A DNA stretch of 64,000 nt, taken from positions 3,136,001-3,200,000 of the forward strand of contig OZ250165.1 in assembly GCA_965238005.1 (NCBI GenBank), given 5' to 3'. The notes below the pieces were generated by a model. It was not told where the DNA came from. It saw nothing but the letters and a program-made list of their open reading frames with translations, and searched no databases. Below, in pieces: positions 1-10,164 of this stretch (the stretch's first letter is position 1; the number at the start of each line of letters is the position of its first letter). A program made the position numbers and the translations under genes. The DNA is from Longimicrobiales bacterium (lineage in GTDB: Bacteria; Gemmatimonadota; Gemmatimonadetes; Longimicrobiales; Gaopeijiaceae).

Positions 1-394
1 GGAAGAAGACTCCTCCGCGATCCCCACCCTCGATCTGCTGAAGCGCAAAGGAGAATCCCCCGAACCCCTTGTCCGAGCGGAAGAGCACCGACAGGGGCAG
101 GGTCCGGCCCGCCCGTTTCCGTTGGAGATCCCGTAGAACGTCGGTGCACTGAGGAGCGCCGACTCCTCGATGAGGGAGCCCTTGGCCGGGTTCACAAAGG
201 GGTCGAGGAGCGCGTCGTCGAGGGCGATGGCCACGCCCCCCATCCCGAGCCTCTCGGAGGGGAGCGTCAGGAACTGATCGCCCGTGGCCACCGGCACGGT
301 CTTCAGCGAGATGACCTGACCGGCGACGGGGGGGGGGCACGGCGGCGATGAGGACCGTGCATAGGAGGGCCTGGTATCGTAGCGGAGCGTTCAT
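1..394 (-). CDS. 5' part of an exported/outer-membrane hypothetical protein, running off the window start; frame broken at a G10 tract (328-337)
   Basis: ATG at 394 gives signal-peptide-like MNAPLRYQALLCTVLIAAVPPP. Removing one base from the G10 run continues the frame as VAGQVISLKTVPVATGDQFLTLPSERLGMGGVAIALDDALLDPFVNPAKG. Confidence 0.65.
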   Translation of the reverse strand, partial: MNAPLRYQALLCTVLIAAVPPPRRRSGHLAEDRAGGHGRSVPDAPLREARDGGRGHRPRRRAPRPLCEPGQGLPHRGVGAPQCTDVLRDLQRKRAGRTLPLSVLFRSDKGFGGFSFALQQIEGGDRGGVFF

Positions 395-468
395 GGGGTC
401 TCTCCAGCCCAGGGAATCGGTGCGGGGGGTCCGACAGAAGAGCCGGTCAGACCCGGGGTGCTGCAGGA

Positions 469-496
469 GAAACGAGTCGGGAGCGGGCTTTGTGAC
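469..496 (-). promoter_or_regulatory. Putative ECF sigma promoter GTCACAAA-N12-CTCGTTTC (copy 2)
   Basis: Both 8-mers and the spacing are identical to the site at 4364-4391; lies 75 bp upstream of the ATG at 394. Confidence 0.7.
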
Positions 497-620
497 GTAT
501 CCGCGGCTGCCGTCCGCTGCGGCCGAGCGAGAGCCGGCGGTTCCAGCTACGTTCCCGGGCACCGAGTCCCTTCGCGTTGACCCTCTAGACCCGCCGAACG
601 GCTCCCGCGGCGCCTTTCAG

Positions 621-2882
621 CTAGAACCGCCACTCCACTCCGAAGACCGGGAGGATCGTGCGCTCCGCCAAGGGGCGGAGCTCGTCGTCGCGCCAGGGCT
701 CGAAGTAGTAGAACAGCGCGTCGCGCTGGTCCAAGGCGTTGATCAGGCGGAGGTACGGGCGGATCTCCACCGCACGGCCGCGAATGTCGGGGTTGAAGCG
801 AGCGAAGAGCTCGAGATCCAACCGCAGGAATCCGTCGTCCGGATCCCCACCGAAGACTGGATCCTGCTCTGCGAGGTCGCCAGGCAGCTGTGGAGGCTCT
901 CCCTCCGCGGCGGCATCCCCAACTCTCTGACCGAACGGGATGCTCGTGTACGGGAGGCCCGCGCTGTACGCCACCCTCAGGCTGCCGCCGGTCCGCCCAC
1001 CGAGCGTTCCGGTGACCCCGGCGCTCAGGAGCTGGCGCCCGGCGAAGTTGGACGTGCTCCCGAAGCCGCTAGTCCCCGACCAGAACCAGGCCAGGTTGTA
1101 CCCCAGCCAGGCGGTGGCTCGTGGACCTTCGTGAAGAACGCGGAGATCGACCCCAGAGCTTCTCAGCACATCACCGCCCGTTCCGAGCCCCGAAAAGCCC
1201 TTCCAGAAGCCCTCGATGCCCAGACGCACGCCGCGGCCGAGCTTCTGATCCAGCGAGAGCACCACGTGGTCCGCCGCGGCGATCGAAAGGAGCGGACCGG
1301 TCACACTCGCCGGAGCCCCATCCGAGACCGCCAGCTCCACCTGCTGATCCGAGGCACGGGTGTATTGATGATACCGGCCCGCTGCCACAGTGAGCAGCGC
1401 GTCCGCGCTCAGGCTCCAGAGGAACGCCACCCGCGGAGCCAAGCGAACACTCCCCTCCGTGGAGAAGGCATCGGCTCTGACCCCGAGTCGGAGATCGAGG
1501 CCCGGAGCGAGAGACCGGACGCCGTCCAGGTAGGCTCCCGCCACGACGCCGTTCGCCTCCTTCGCGTCAGTGGGTTCCATCCCCAGGTCTGCAAAGCGTC
1601 GCGCTGAGTAGCGCGTGCTCACACGGTCGACGGCTCCCCCGAAGCGCACCCGGCTCCCGCCGATGGGAGCCGAGGCATCGAGGGTGAGTCTCAGACGGCT
1701 CGTCTCGGCGCTGGCCAGCAGGCCCTCCGAGGGGTCCGGGGGATCCGTACTGTCGCTCGTGGGTCGGAGAGGTAGCTCCGCCCGGTAGTCGCTGGCCGAG
1801 GCCGCCGCATCGAGAGTCACGTCACCCACTGCCCCTCGGTAGGCGAGAGTCAGTGCCCGATTGCCCCACGTGGCGTCCTCCGGCCCCGGGAGGGCCACTG
1901 CATTCGTGGGCTCCCCGTCCACCGAGAGGCGGACCGACTCCCGGTTCCAGAACGCGGTGGCGCTGAGCCGGTGACGCTCCCCGAGCTCGACGTCTACCCG
2001 ACCCAGGGCATCGCGATACCCGTAGGGGGTGTGGGAGCCGCCCAGGACGCCGGCACCGAGATCGTGCAGCGTGCGAGTCGAGGCCGCGAAGCCAGCCTTC
2101 TCACCGAGGGGCCCCTCCAGGGCCACGCGCCCGCTGATCAGGTCTACGCCTCCCCGCCCTCTCCACCGGTCCCGCCGCGGACTTCTCGTTCGGAGGTCCA
2201 GGATGTAGGAGAGTCCACCGTCGTAGCGGGCTGGCGCGCCTCCCACGTGAAGGGCGGCCCCACCCAGGATGAACGCGTCGAAGCTGCTGAGCAGCCCCCC
2301 CAGGTGGAAGGGCGTGTAGACGGGAGCCCCGTCGAGGAGGACGAGCTTCAGATCGGTCGTCGAGCCTCACATGAAGAGGACGTCCGACGGATTGGCCGGA
2401 TCGTTCCCCGGCAGGGTCGCCGCCGCCTCGCCGAGCCCCACCTCGCCGAGCCCGGGGCTCAGAGCGAGGGAGATCACCTCCACATCGGGGATGGGAGGAT
2501 CGACACCCGTCGGCGCTCTTCCCCGGGCGACGGGCTCGCTCAACACCTCGATGGGTGGCAACAGGATGGGACGTTGCTCCAGGTCGACATCCAAGGAGAC
2601 CGTGCCACCGGCCGGAACCTCGACGTCCACACGCGCCGACCGATGTCCTGGATGGCTGATGCGCAACCGCACGAGGCCCGCCGGCAAGGCCTCCAAGCGG
2701 TATCGTCCCAGGCTGTCGGCCAAGGCGATCCGGTGCTCTCCTGGCGTCGACGCTTCCACGATGGCGTAGGCCAGGACCCTTCCGGAGGTCTGCTCGTTGC
2801 CACGCACGACGCCCTCGATGGTCCCGTTGGTGGGGACCTGAACCGCCAGAAGCACTGTGGCTAGCGTCAGGTGCAGTGGCAT
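621..2882 (-). pseudogene. TonB-dependent receptor with N-terminal carboxypeptidase-regulatory-like domain, interrupted by an in-frame TGA (2367-2369)
   Basis: ORFs 2367-2882 and 621-2246 share one frame. Read-through gives plug motif VLFM*GSTTDLKLVLLDGAPVYTPFHLGG. C-terminus FGVEWRF is a typical outer-membrane barrel end. Confidence 0.85.
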
Positions 2883-2915
2883 TGGTATGCGTATCTCCGG
2901 ACTCGCGAATCGAGA

Positions 2916-3776
2916 CTATTGGACCCTGAAGCGGATCTCGCCGGGCGTCTGCGCGACGATCGGGCCGGCCACGTCGAGCTCATCCCCGGCCTTCCTAATG
3001 TACATACGCCCATTCACCTGTATGGATGCCACGTCCACGGACCGCGGGATGTCGACGCGTATCCGACCGGAGCCCCCAATGACCTCGATACGCCCTTCCG
3101 CGGTGCGGAAGCGCGCGGGCTGGGCGGCGAACGCAGCGGCCCGAAATCCGTCCACGAAGCGTACATCCAGCTCGGTCCCTGGCTCGATATCCTGGAGTAG
3201 GACGAGGAGCTCCCCGGTCTCCACCTCGAGGCGAACGCCGCCCGACTCGGGTGTCTGGGCCGAGAGGGCACTGTCCGCCGGAATCGCGGCGCTATCGTCT
3301 GCTGCCGTTCCCGTGAAGAGCTCCACGGCGCGGTCCCAACCCGAGGTGATCCACCCACGGACCGGCGAGGCAGGCAGGGCCGTCGCCACGACGGCACCGA
3401 AGAAGAGGACAAGGATAGCCGCTCGGGCGAAGGCGAAGCGGTGGGGAACGGGTGGTGCGGGCGGAGCGGTCGGCTCTGCCGGGGTGATGTCCAGGGTCCG
3501 TGTGGGCTCGGCCGTCGACGTGGAAGAAGCTTCCCGCGCATCTCTGGGGTCCATACCGACCCGGACGAGGACGGACTCCTTCGCCCCCGCCGGGAGCGCG
3601 ACCGTGTCGAGGTGCCGGAGGGCCACACCAACTACGGTGCTCGCCTCCCCGAGCCTCGTGAGGAGTGCCTGGCAGCTGTCACACTCGTCGAGATGCCCTC
3701 GCGCGGATTCCGCGTCGCTGTCGCTCAGCTCACCGTCGAGCAGAGTCCGCAGTCGTCCCTCACCCGGATGCGTCAT
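2916..3776 (-). CDS. Zinc-binding (ZAS/zf-HC2) transmembrane anti-sigma factor
   Basis: N-terminal His plus HLDECDSC (Hx3Cx2C), one hydrophobic TM segment (AAILVLFFGAVVA); overlaps the end of the sigma gene. Confidence 0.85.
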   Translation of the reverse strand: MTHPGEGRLRTLLDGELSDSDAESARGHLDECDSCQALLTRLGEASTVVGVALRHLDTVALPAGAKESVLVRVGMDPRDAREASSTSTAEPTRTLDITPAEPTAPPAPPVPHRFAFARAAILVLFFGAVVATALPASPVRGWITSGWDRAVELFTGTAADDSAAIPADSALSAQTPESGGVRLEVETGELLVLLQDIEPGTELDVRFVDGFRAAAFAAQPARFRTAEGRIEVIGGSGRIRVDIPRSVDVASIQVNGRMYIRKAGDELDVAGPIVAQTPGEIRFRVQ

Positions 3777-4263
3777 CTTTCTCCTTTGCGGGCTCGTAGG
3801 CGCTGACGAAGCGTCTTTCGGCCCGTGCAAGCAGCGTACCCACCGATCCCGGCGCCACGTCGAACGCTTCGGCGATCTCGCGGTAGCTGAACCCTTCGTA
3901 TCGTGCCAGCAACATTTCCCGATCTCGCTCGCTCAGGCCCTCGAGCGCCGCGCGCACTCTGGTCACGTCTTCGGCCCGCTCTACCGGGCGATCCGGTGGC
4001 TCCGTTCCCTCCGGTCGAACGGGATTCGCCTCGAGGAGCCGTCTCCGATTCTCGGCGACGCGGAAGCGGTCGCGCACCAGATGGGTCGCCGTGCGGAAGA
4101 GCCAGGCACGTATACCGTGCTCGTCGCCCTCGACCCGATGCTCGTACAGCCGTACGAAGGCCTCCTGTGCCACGTCGTCGGCCAGATCCGGGTCACCCGT
4201 CAGGCGGTGACAGTACCGGAAGAGGCCGGGATGCAGCTCGTCGAATGTGGTTTCGAAGTCCAC
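3760..4263 (-). CDS. ECF RNA polymerase sigma-70 factor
   Basis: Region 2 (LADDVAQEAFVRL, RAWLFRTATHLVRD) and region 4 HTH (GFSYREIAEAFDVAPGSVGTLLARA). Confidence 0.95.
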   Translation of the reverse strand: MDFETTFDELHPGLFRYCHRLTGDPDLADDVAQEAFVRLYEHRVEGDEHGIRAWLFRTATHLVRDRFRVAENRRRLLEANPVRPEGTEPPDRPVERAEDVTRVRAALEGLSERDREMLLARYEGFSYREIAEAFDVAPGSVGTLLARAERRFVSAYEPAKEKDDASG

Positions 4264-4363
4264 TAGGATCGATATCCCAAGAGGTAACGCTTCACTCCGA
4301 CTGAGGGATTTGACCCGAGCGTCTCACGCGGGGCAAGGGCCGCGCCAGCCAAGGCCCGGAGAG

Positions 4364-4391
4364 GAAACGAGCGAGCCGGTCCATTTGTGAC
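4364..4391 (-). promoter_or_regulatory. Putative autoregulated ECF promoter GTCACAAA-N12-CTCGTTTC (copy 1)
   Basis: About 100 bp upstream of the ECF gene; both boxes repeated exactly at 469-496. Confidence 0.72.
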
Positions 4392-4559
4392 AGAGCTCGA
4401 GACCGAGGGGGCCGTATGCAGGGTTGTGCTCAGAGTGACAGGCCTGCACCGAAGAGGGCAAGACCGCACCCCTCGACCGCCACGAGCAGCCCATCCCGAC
4501 GCCGGGTCGAACCGCCACCGACGGCTCCACATACTGCCGACAGAAGCCCGCTCGATCTC

Positions 4560-4670
4560 CTCCGCTGAAGCTCAGGCTCCGCTCGACGAAGACACTCTCG
4601 TCGACAGGCGTGATCGTCTTCATGCCTGCTCGAAGCTCCTCCTCACTTCCCAGTCGGTGATGCGCCGCCT
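4560..4670 (-). pseudogene. Remnant junction: C-terminus of a glutamine-synthetase-like gene coupled (ATGA overlap) to the N-terminus of an aldehyde dehydrogenase
   Basis: RRRITDWEVRRSFEQA* (4670-4620) overlaps MKTITPVDESVFVER (from 4623). Confidence 0.55.
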
Positions 4671-4672
4671 AC

Positions 4673-5103
4673 CGGGAACACGGATGCGACGGCGTCATCG
4701 CCATGGGCGGCGGAAGCGCCTTGGACGCGGGCAAGGCGGTCGTGCGCTGAGCCACCTCATCGGATCGGTGCTGGACACGCACCACGGTCTCACCAACGGG
4801 GTGGTCATGCCTTACGTCCTCGCGTTCAACCGCCCGGCCATCGAAGAGCGCCGCGCGCGCATGGCCCGTTACCTGGACCTGCACAATCCGTCGTTCGAGG
4901 CGGTACAGAGTTGGGTCCTGGAGCTGCGGGAGGAGATCGGTATCCCGCACACCCTCGCAGCCCTCGGTGTAGAGGAGCGCCGCGTCGTGGGGCTCACGCC
5001 CATGGCGGCGGTGGATCCCTCGGTGGGCGGGAATCCGGTGCCGCTCGGCGAGCCGGAGCTCAGGCAGCTGTTCCTGATGGCCAACGCGGGCGATCTGGCC
5101 TAG
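4673..5103 (+). pseudogene. Iron-containing alcohol dehydrogenase remnant, 5'-truncated with an internal deletion
   Basis: CDGVIAMGGGSALDAGKAV is joined out of frame to ALSHLIGSVLDTHHGLTNGVVMPYVLAFN...DPSVGGNPV. Confidence 0.8.
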
Positions 5104-5357
5104 TGGAACCGCACGAATTCCCCCTCTAGCGCCCGCGTCCATTCGCGCCCGAGACCGGCGTCCAGCGCGGTCGGCGTCCAGAGCGCGAGCGACTCCAAGA
5201 CCCGCTCGACGATCTCGCGCCCGCCGTGGGGCACATCGAACCGCGCCCCCACGTCGAGCAGGTCCTTCCCTGTGAAGCCGACTTGCTTTCCGTTCGCGGA
5301 CATCTGGTGCTGCCGGGTCCACGGGCTGTGGGCGGCGTAGGCGACGTCATAGGCGGC
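5100..5357 (-). pseudogene. HipA-family toxin C-terminal remnant
   Basis: AYDVAYAAHSPWTRQHQMSANGK...DLLDVG. Confidence 0.7.
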
Positions 5358-5523
5358 TCTTCATCAACTTCATCGACGACGTGAACCAGGCGGAAGGGCT
5401 TGCCGACCTGGACTAGCATTTTAAGGGCGCGTCGATACCGCTCGCGACCCTCAAAGCCTCCCGTGACAGCAGCAGCCTGTTAGAGCGCTGGTACAGCCTT
5501 TACCTAGGAGCAGCCCCATGATC

Positions 5524-6336
5524 TCATCCTAGCTCTTCCGCTCGACGACTCGACGTCAAGATCCCCCGGATCATTGCCGAGCTGAATCCGCGGTGTTCCA
5601 GCTCGTTTAGACCGGCGATGGTGCAGCCCCTTGGCGTTGTAACGCGATCGATCTCGCCTTCGGGGTGCCCGTCACCATGGAGGACAAGCTCGGCCGCTCC
5701 AAGCGCAGTCTGGGCAGCCAAGAGTAGAGCATCCTCGGCATGGAAACCGATTTCGGTACCGCCCTGGGCCGCTGCGCGAATCGTCCTCAGGAAAAACGCG
5801 ATCCCGCACGCGCAAAGTGCCGTGGCCGGAACCATCATCTCCTCATCGATGACCATCGTGAGTCCAACGGCGTCGAATAGGAAACGCGCGACCTCGAGAC
5901 CGGAATCGTCAGCTCGATCAGCCGTGAGACAAGTCATCGAATTCATGGTCACAACAGCGGTGTTCGGCATCGCTCTAACCAGAGACACGTCCCCACCCAG
6001 AAAGGATCGAAGTCTCTCTAGCCGGACACCCGTCGCGACCGAGATCACTCTGTGCCTCTCCGGGTCCACCCCCGAGGAGATCTCCTCCAGCACAGTATCC
6101 ATCTGGCCTGGCTGAACCGTGACTACAATGCAGTCTGCCCGTGAAACAGCGCCTAGGTTATCGGAACCGATCACGAACCCTTCATCTGCCAGGGCAGCCA
6201 GTTTCTCAGGATGCCGTCGCGTGAGGTGGACTTCAGAGGGCTGGAAAAGGCCTGAGCCAGCCCAGCCGCGAGCGAGCGCTTGGCCCAGACTGCCTCCGCC
6301 GAGGATTGCGAGGCTCTCAATGGGCCTCTCCTTCAT
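5524..6336 (-). CDS. proC: Pyrroline-5-carboxylate reductase
   Basis: GGGSLG Rossmann motif, VRAMPNTA, VTTPRGCTIAGL. Confidence 0.93.
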   Translation of the reverse strand: MKERPIESLAILGGGSLGQALARGWAGSGLFQPSEVHLTRRHPEKLAALADEGFVIGSDNLGAVSRADCIVVTVQPGQMDTVLEEISSGVDPERHRVISVATGVRLERLRSFLGGDVSLVRAMPNTAVVTMNSMTCLTADRADDSGLEVARFLFDAVGLTMVIDEEMMVPATALCACGIAFFLRTIRAAAQGGTEIGFHAEDALLLAAQTALGAAELVLHGDGHPEGEIDRVTTPRGCTIAGLNELEHRGFSSAMIRGILTSSRRAEELG

Positions 6337-6390
6337 CGTCTCCTCCAAGTGAAGGGGTTATGGTCGCCGTAGTTGTCCTGATGGGATTCG

Positions 6391-6419
6391 TACGTATACT
6401 TTTACCTAAATTATACGTA
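6391..6419. promoter_or_regulatory. AT-rich dyad TACGTATA-N13-TATACGTA (operator-like)
   Basis: Perfect 8-bp inverted repeat upstream of proC; a near-identical dyad lies at 53028-53056. Confidence 0.55.
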
Positions 6420-6447
6420 TATGCCGCGTAGACCAAGAACTACGCCG

Positions 6448-6594
6448 CTAGCTGGCGCCCCGCCGCATCACCTGGCCGGCGTAGGCTCCTGTGGGAGCTC
6501 CGTCGGCCCACACGCGCACTCCGTTCACCCACACGCCGGCCATGCCGACGGACGGCTCATGGGGGGCCTCGAATGTGGCCCGGTCCATGACGGC
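6448..6594 (-). pseudogene. N-acyl-D-amino-acid deacylase/amidohydrolase C-terminal remnant
   Basis: AVMDRATFEAPHEPSVGMAGVWVNGVRVWADGAPTGAYAGQVMRRGAS*. Confidence 0.7.
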
Positions 6595-6632
6595 GGTTTG
6601 CCACGACCGCGGGTTCTATCGATCGTTCGGAC

Positions 6633-7067
6633 ATGGTGAATGTCCAGGACGGGCCCGACGCGTTTCCGATCCTGCTCTACGACGGGTTGTGCGGGTTCTG
6701 CGACGGCACCGTTCAGTTCATCCTCCGACGCGACCCCTCCGGTGCGATGAAGTTCGCACCGCTCCAAGGTGCTACGGCTCGAGCGGTCCTCGAGCGTAAC
6801 CCGGAGGTGCGCGGCGTGGATTCCCTCATCTTGGTGGAGCGCGACCTCGAGGGGCACGAGTTGGTGACTGTGCGCTCAGAGGCCGTCATCCGCATAACCC
6901 GCTACCTCGGCGGCGTTTGGACGATCGTTGCCATCGGCCGAGTGGTACCTCGACCTCTGCGTGACTGGGCCTACTCGCTCTTCGCCCATTGGCGGTACCA
7001 GCTCTTTGGTCGTTACGACGCGTGTCCGGTCCCGTCGGCGAGGGTTCGTGCTCGGTTCCTCCCTTAG
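6633..7067 (+). CDS. DCC1/DUF393 thiol-disulfide oxidoreductase family protein
   Basis: LLYDGLCGFC motif, FAPLQG, RDWAYSLFAHWRY. Confidence 0.9.
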   Translation: MVNVQDGPDAFPILLYDGLCGFCDGTVQFILRRDPSGAMKFAPLQGATARAVLERNPEVRGVDSLILVERDLEGHELVTVRSEAVIRITRYLGGVWTIVAIGRVVPRPLRDWAYSLFAHWRYQLFGRYDACPVPSARVRARFLP

Positions 7068-7124
7068 TGATGTCGGAAGCCTTTGCCCCGACTCCACGTG
7101 GCGGCTCTGAGCGATTGGCCGTCA

Positions 7125-7309
7125 TCCAACCGCTGGAGCACTTCCTCCAACCGGGACTCCCCCGGCGGCACCAGTAGGGGGATGCCTCCGGCGCGCCGCA
7201 CAGAGTCCACGTACTCCGCCGGAAGGTCGAACTTGTTGTCGCCGTTCCGGTGGTACGTCGTGAGCCCGATGAGGGGGGCTCCGGTCCTTCCGGCTTCGCT
7301 CTCGGACAT
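7125..7309 (-). pseudogene. Gamma-glutamyl-GABA hydrolase (peptidase C26/PuuD-like) N-terminal remnant
   Basis: PLIGLTTY...YVDSVRRAGGIPLLVPP...VLQRLD, after which similarity is lost. Confidence 0.75.
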
Positions 7310-7427
7310 GGCTCCTTGATCCGTGCAGTCGGCGGATCCTTCCCGCAGAGTAACAGTCGAGGGGCCCGGGAGCAGCCCGGGCCGCCGGTTGACGCTGCCG
7401 TACCCCGGGGTCAACCTGATTCCCGTG

Positions 7428-8204
7428 ATGACCTACGACGAGTTCTCCCGCGTGGCCCAGGAGGCCTTCCAGAGCATTCCCGAGGCGTATCGGGAGGGCA
7501 TCGAGGGGGTCACGACCGTGGAGTCGACGGAGGCCCACCCCGAGCTCCCCGGCGTGGTCACGCTCGGTGAATGCCTCACACAGGCCTACAACTCGGACTG
7601 GCAAGGCCCCGAGACCACTCGCTCGCGGGTGGTCCTCTACTACGGCTCCTTCCGCCAGATGGCACAGGACAATCCAGACTTCGACTGGGAGGGGGAGCTC
7701 TGGGAGACCCTCACCCACGAGCTCCAGCACCACCTCGAGTCCCTGGCCGACGAGGATGCCCTGGAGGCCATGGACTACGCCATGGACGAGTCGTTCAAGC
7801 GAGAGCGGGACGAGCTCTTCGATCCATGGTACTTCCAGTGGGGCGAGCCGGTGGGCGAGGGGATGTACCGGGTGGAGGACGAGGTATACATCGAGCAGGT
7901 CCTCACGGCGGAGGAGTTCGACCGCCTGGAGAAGATCGACTTCACGTGGGAAGGCCAGGCCTACCGGATCCCCCGGCCCAGGGAGCTGGGCGACATCCAC
8001 TTCGTCGTCGTGGAGGGCACCGATCCCTACATCCAGGTGGTCCTGGTCCAGCGAGCCTCGTGGCGTCAGCGGCTCCGGGGCGGACTACGCTCCCAAGGCC
8101 CCGTGGTGCTGGAGAGTGGCGCCGAGGCGCGACGGGTTGCCCCTAAGGGCGACGAGGTCGGTCGCGACGACGCGGAAGGCCGCGAACGCGACCCGCTGGT
8201 ATAG
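7428..8204 (+). CDS. Zincin-like metallopeptidase family protein
   Basis: VVLYYGSF...ETLTHELQHH (HExxH). Confidence 0.8.
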   Translation: MTYDEFSRVAQEAFQSIPEAYREGIEGVTTVESTEAHPELPGVVTLGECLTQAYNSDWQGPETTRSRVVLYYGSFRQMAQDNPDFDWEGELWETLTHELQHHLESLADEDALEAMDYAMDESFKRERDELFDPWYFQWGEPVGEGMYRVEDEVYIEQVLTAEEFDRLEKIDFTWEGQAYRIPRPRELGDIHFVVVEGTDPYIQVVLVQRASWRQRLRGGLRSQGPVVLESGAEARRVAPKGDEVGRDDAEGRERDPLV

Positions 8205-8259
8205 TCGCCGGGAGCCCCCGCACTCTCCTGAGGACCCCCCGTGGGATCCTACCAAGCCG

Positions 8260-9630
8260 CTACTGGAAGGCGACGGTCCTCACGCCCTCCGGCCCGTTAT
8301 CCCAGTCCTGGACGCTCGAGATATTGGGCATGCCCCAGTCGTTGCCGTTCCAGCCGTTGAAGCCGTCCATCCTGAAGGCCCAGAACCCGCTGTGCATGTC
8401 GCTCACCACGATGAGGCCGTCGGCGTTCCTCACGTCGACGCCGAACGCCCCGTTCGCAACGCCGCCCCCGGTGTACGGGGCCACCTCGTCGTAGGTGTCG
8501 TAATAGCCCACCGTCCGCGGGTTGGTGGGGTCCCTCATGTTGATGATCTGGAGTCCGTCCTCGTACGCAGAGACGAACACGTACGGCCAGCGGATCTCCA
8601 TGTTGTGCGACGACTTCTTCCAGTCGGCGGTCCATTCGCCGATGGGCTGGCGGATGACGGCCACTTCGCCGTCCAGAGCCGGCTTTAGGTCGTAGAAACG
8701 GAGTGGGGCGTGGGCCGGTGACGTCATCTCGCTGATGGCGTAACGGTGATCTGGGGTGGCCACCCATGTGTGACCTCCCGACTGCTGGCCCTGGACGGCC
8801 ATCTGGGTGACGAGCAGTACGGGGTTCGTGATGTCGGTGACGTCCCAGACGTAGTTCCCGCCCAGGTATGTGGTCTCCGGCCCACCACCGTAGAACTTGT
8901 CCTGACCGGTGGCCGGGTCGTACGCCACATACGCGTCGTGGTATCCCCGTGCGGCGCCCCGCGGCTCGGGGAGCGGCATGCGTGAGACCAGCCCGTAGTC
9001 CGGATCGCCCTGGAGGAACAGCTCCATGTCGTAGACGTTGGCCCCATGGGGGACCGACTGGGGCGACTCGGTGGTCGCGAAGAGCAGCACCCTGCCCGTG
9101 GAGTGCTTGTACGTGAAGATGTTGTGGAAGCCGCCCGGCGTGTCGGGAGCGCGGATTCGGCCGACTTCACGGACCGTCGATGGATCCGGAAGTCCCGTCA
9201 CGTCGAACACCACTGCGCCCAGGTCCGAATCGGGCCCGCCCTGCCGGAAGCTCATTGACTGCACGTAGTAGTAGCGGCCGTTGAGCTTGAAGTACTTGCC
9301 GTCAAGCCCTGCGCCACGGTGCAGCTCGGCGTTCTCAATGAACCACGAGTAGATGACCTTCGCCTCTGCGGGCGCCGACAGGTCGATGATTTGGAACCCG
9401 GACGGGTTGAGCCGCCGCGATAAATACACGTAGGGGCGCTCCAGATCCTGCTCGATCTCGATGTCGGCCACCTGCAGGGCTCCGGCCAAGGGCACGTGGG
9501 CGACGATCTTCACATTGTCGCTGCCCTGCTCGCCGGGAGCGTATTGGCCGAACGTCTCGGCCGGCGCCAGGACGAGCAGTGAGAGAACGCCCACGAGTGG
9601 CCCCGCGGTAGCCGCCAGCCTGGCACGCAT
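8260..9630 (-). CDS. Exported LVIVD-repeat-like beta-propeller protein, paralog 1
   Basis: Signal peptide; GSDN..VAHVPL, GGFHNIF, GYHD, GHT, HNMEIRWPYVFVSAYEDGL, GVDVRNADGLIVVSD. Confidence 0.8.
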   Translation of the reverse strand: MRARLAATAGPLVGVLSLLVLAPAETFGQYAPGEQGSDNVKIVAHVPLAGALQVADIEIEQDLERPYVYLSRRLNPSGFQIIDLSAPAEAKVIYSWFIENAELHRGAGLDGKYFKLNGRYYYVQSMSFRQGGPDSDLGAVVFDVTGLPDPSTVREVGRIRAPDTPGGFHNIFTYKHSTGRVLLFATTESPQSVPHGANVYDMELFLQGDPDYGLVSRMPLPEPRGAARGYHDAYVAYDPATGQDKFYGGGPETTYLGGNYVWDVTDITNPVLLVTQMAVQGQQSGGHTWVATPDHRYAISEMTSPAHAPLRFYDLKPALDGEVAVIRQPIGEWTADWKKSSHNMEIRWPYVFVSAYEDGLQIINMRDPTNPRTVGYYDTYDEVAPYTGGGVANGAFGVDVRNADGLIVVSDMHSGFWAFRMDGFNGWNGNDWGMPNISSVQDWDNGPEGVRTVAFQ

Positions 9631-9907
9631 TGCAACCTCCGGAGAACTGGATCGGCAACGTGCCGATCGGACACTAGGTCACTAGGGGTTGTCCAAGCCG
9701 TCCACCTGCCGGAGGGTCGTCTTGAACCTTTTGGGCCAGGTCAAGTGGAGCACCTCCCCACCGTCGGCCACATGAAACTGGATGGACGCCTCGTTCTCGG
9801 GCCAGCCCGCCATGTAGCCCGGGTTCTTGACCATGAACGCCCGCCGGAGCATCCGATCAGGATTGGCGCTTGAGCGGCGGAACGCAAGAGGGTTCGGCCC
9901 ATTCCCC

Positions 9908-10075
9908 CTATTCCGGCGTCAGCGCCGTCACCGGATCCACGGTGGTCACCCGCCGCGCGGGGATGAAGCTCGCGAGCACTCCCACCCCGGCCAAGACGGC
10001 TACCACCGCACCGAAGACCATGGGGTCGCGGGCGTTCACCTCGAACAGGACGAACTGGAGAGGGCCCGCTGCCAG
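9908..10075 (-). pseudogene. ABC/MacB-like (ADOP) permease C-terminal remnant
   Basis: LFEVNARDPMVF...LASFIPARRVTTVDPVTAL. Confidence 0.75.
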
Positions 10076-10164
10076 GGGGCGTGCGTCCGTCGGCGTCGGG
10101 GGATCCAAAGGAAGTCGAGTGACGAGTTCGCCCCGCCCTACGTAGATAGAGTGGTATGGTTTTC

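Noticed and set aside
2367..2369. TGA in the TonB receptor as selenocysteine or an alternative genetic code
   Set aside because: The position corresponds to Arg, not Cys or Trp, and many genes here end normally in TGA
5470..5483. CAGCAGCCTGTTAG resembling an IS terminal sequence
   Set aside because: Too short, with no partner end or transposase
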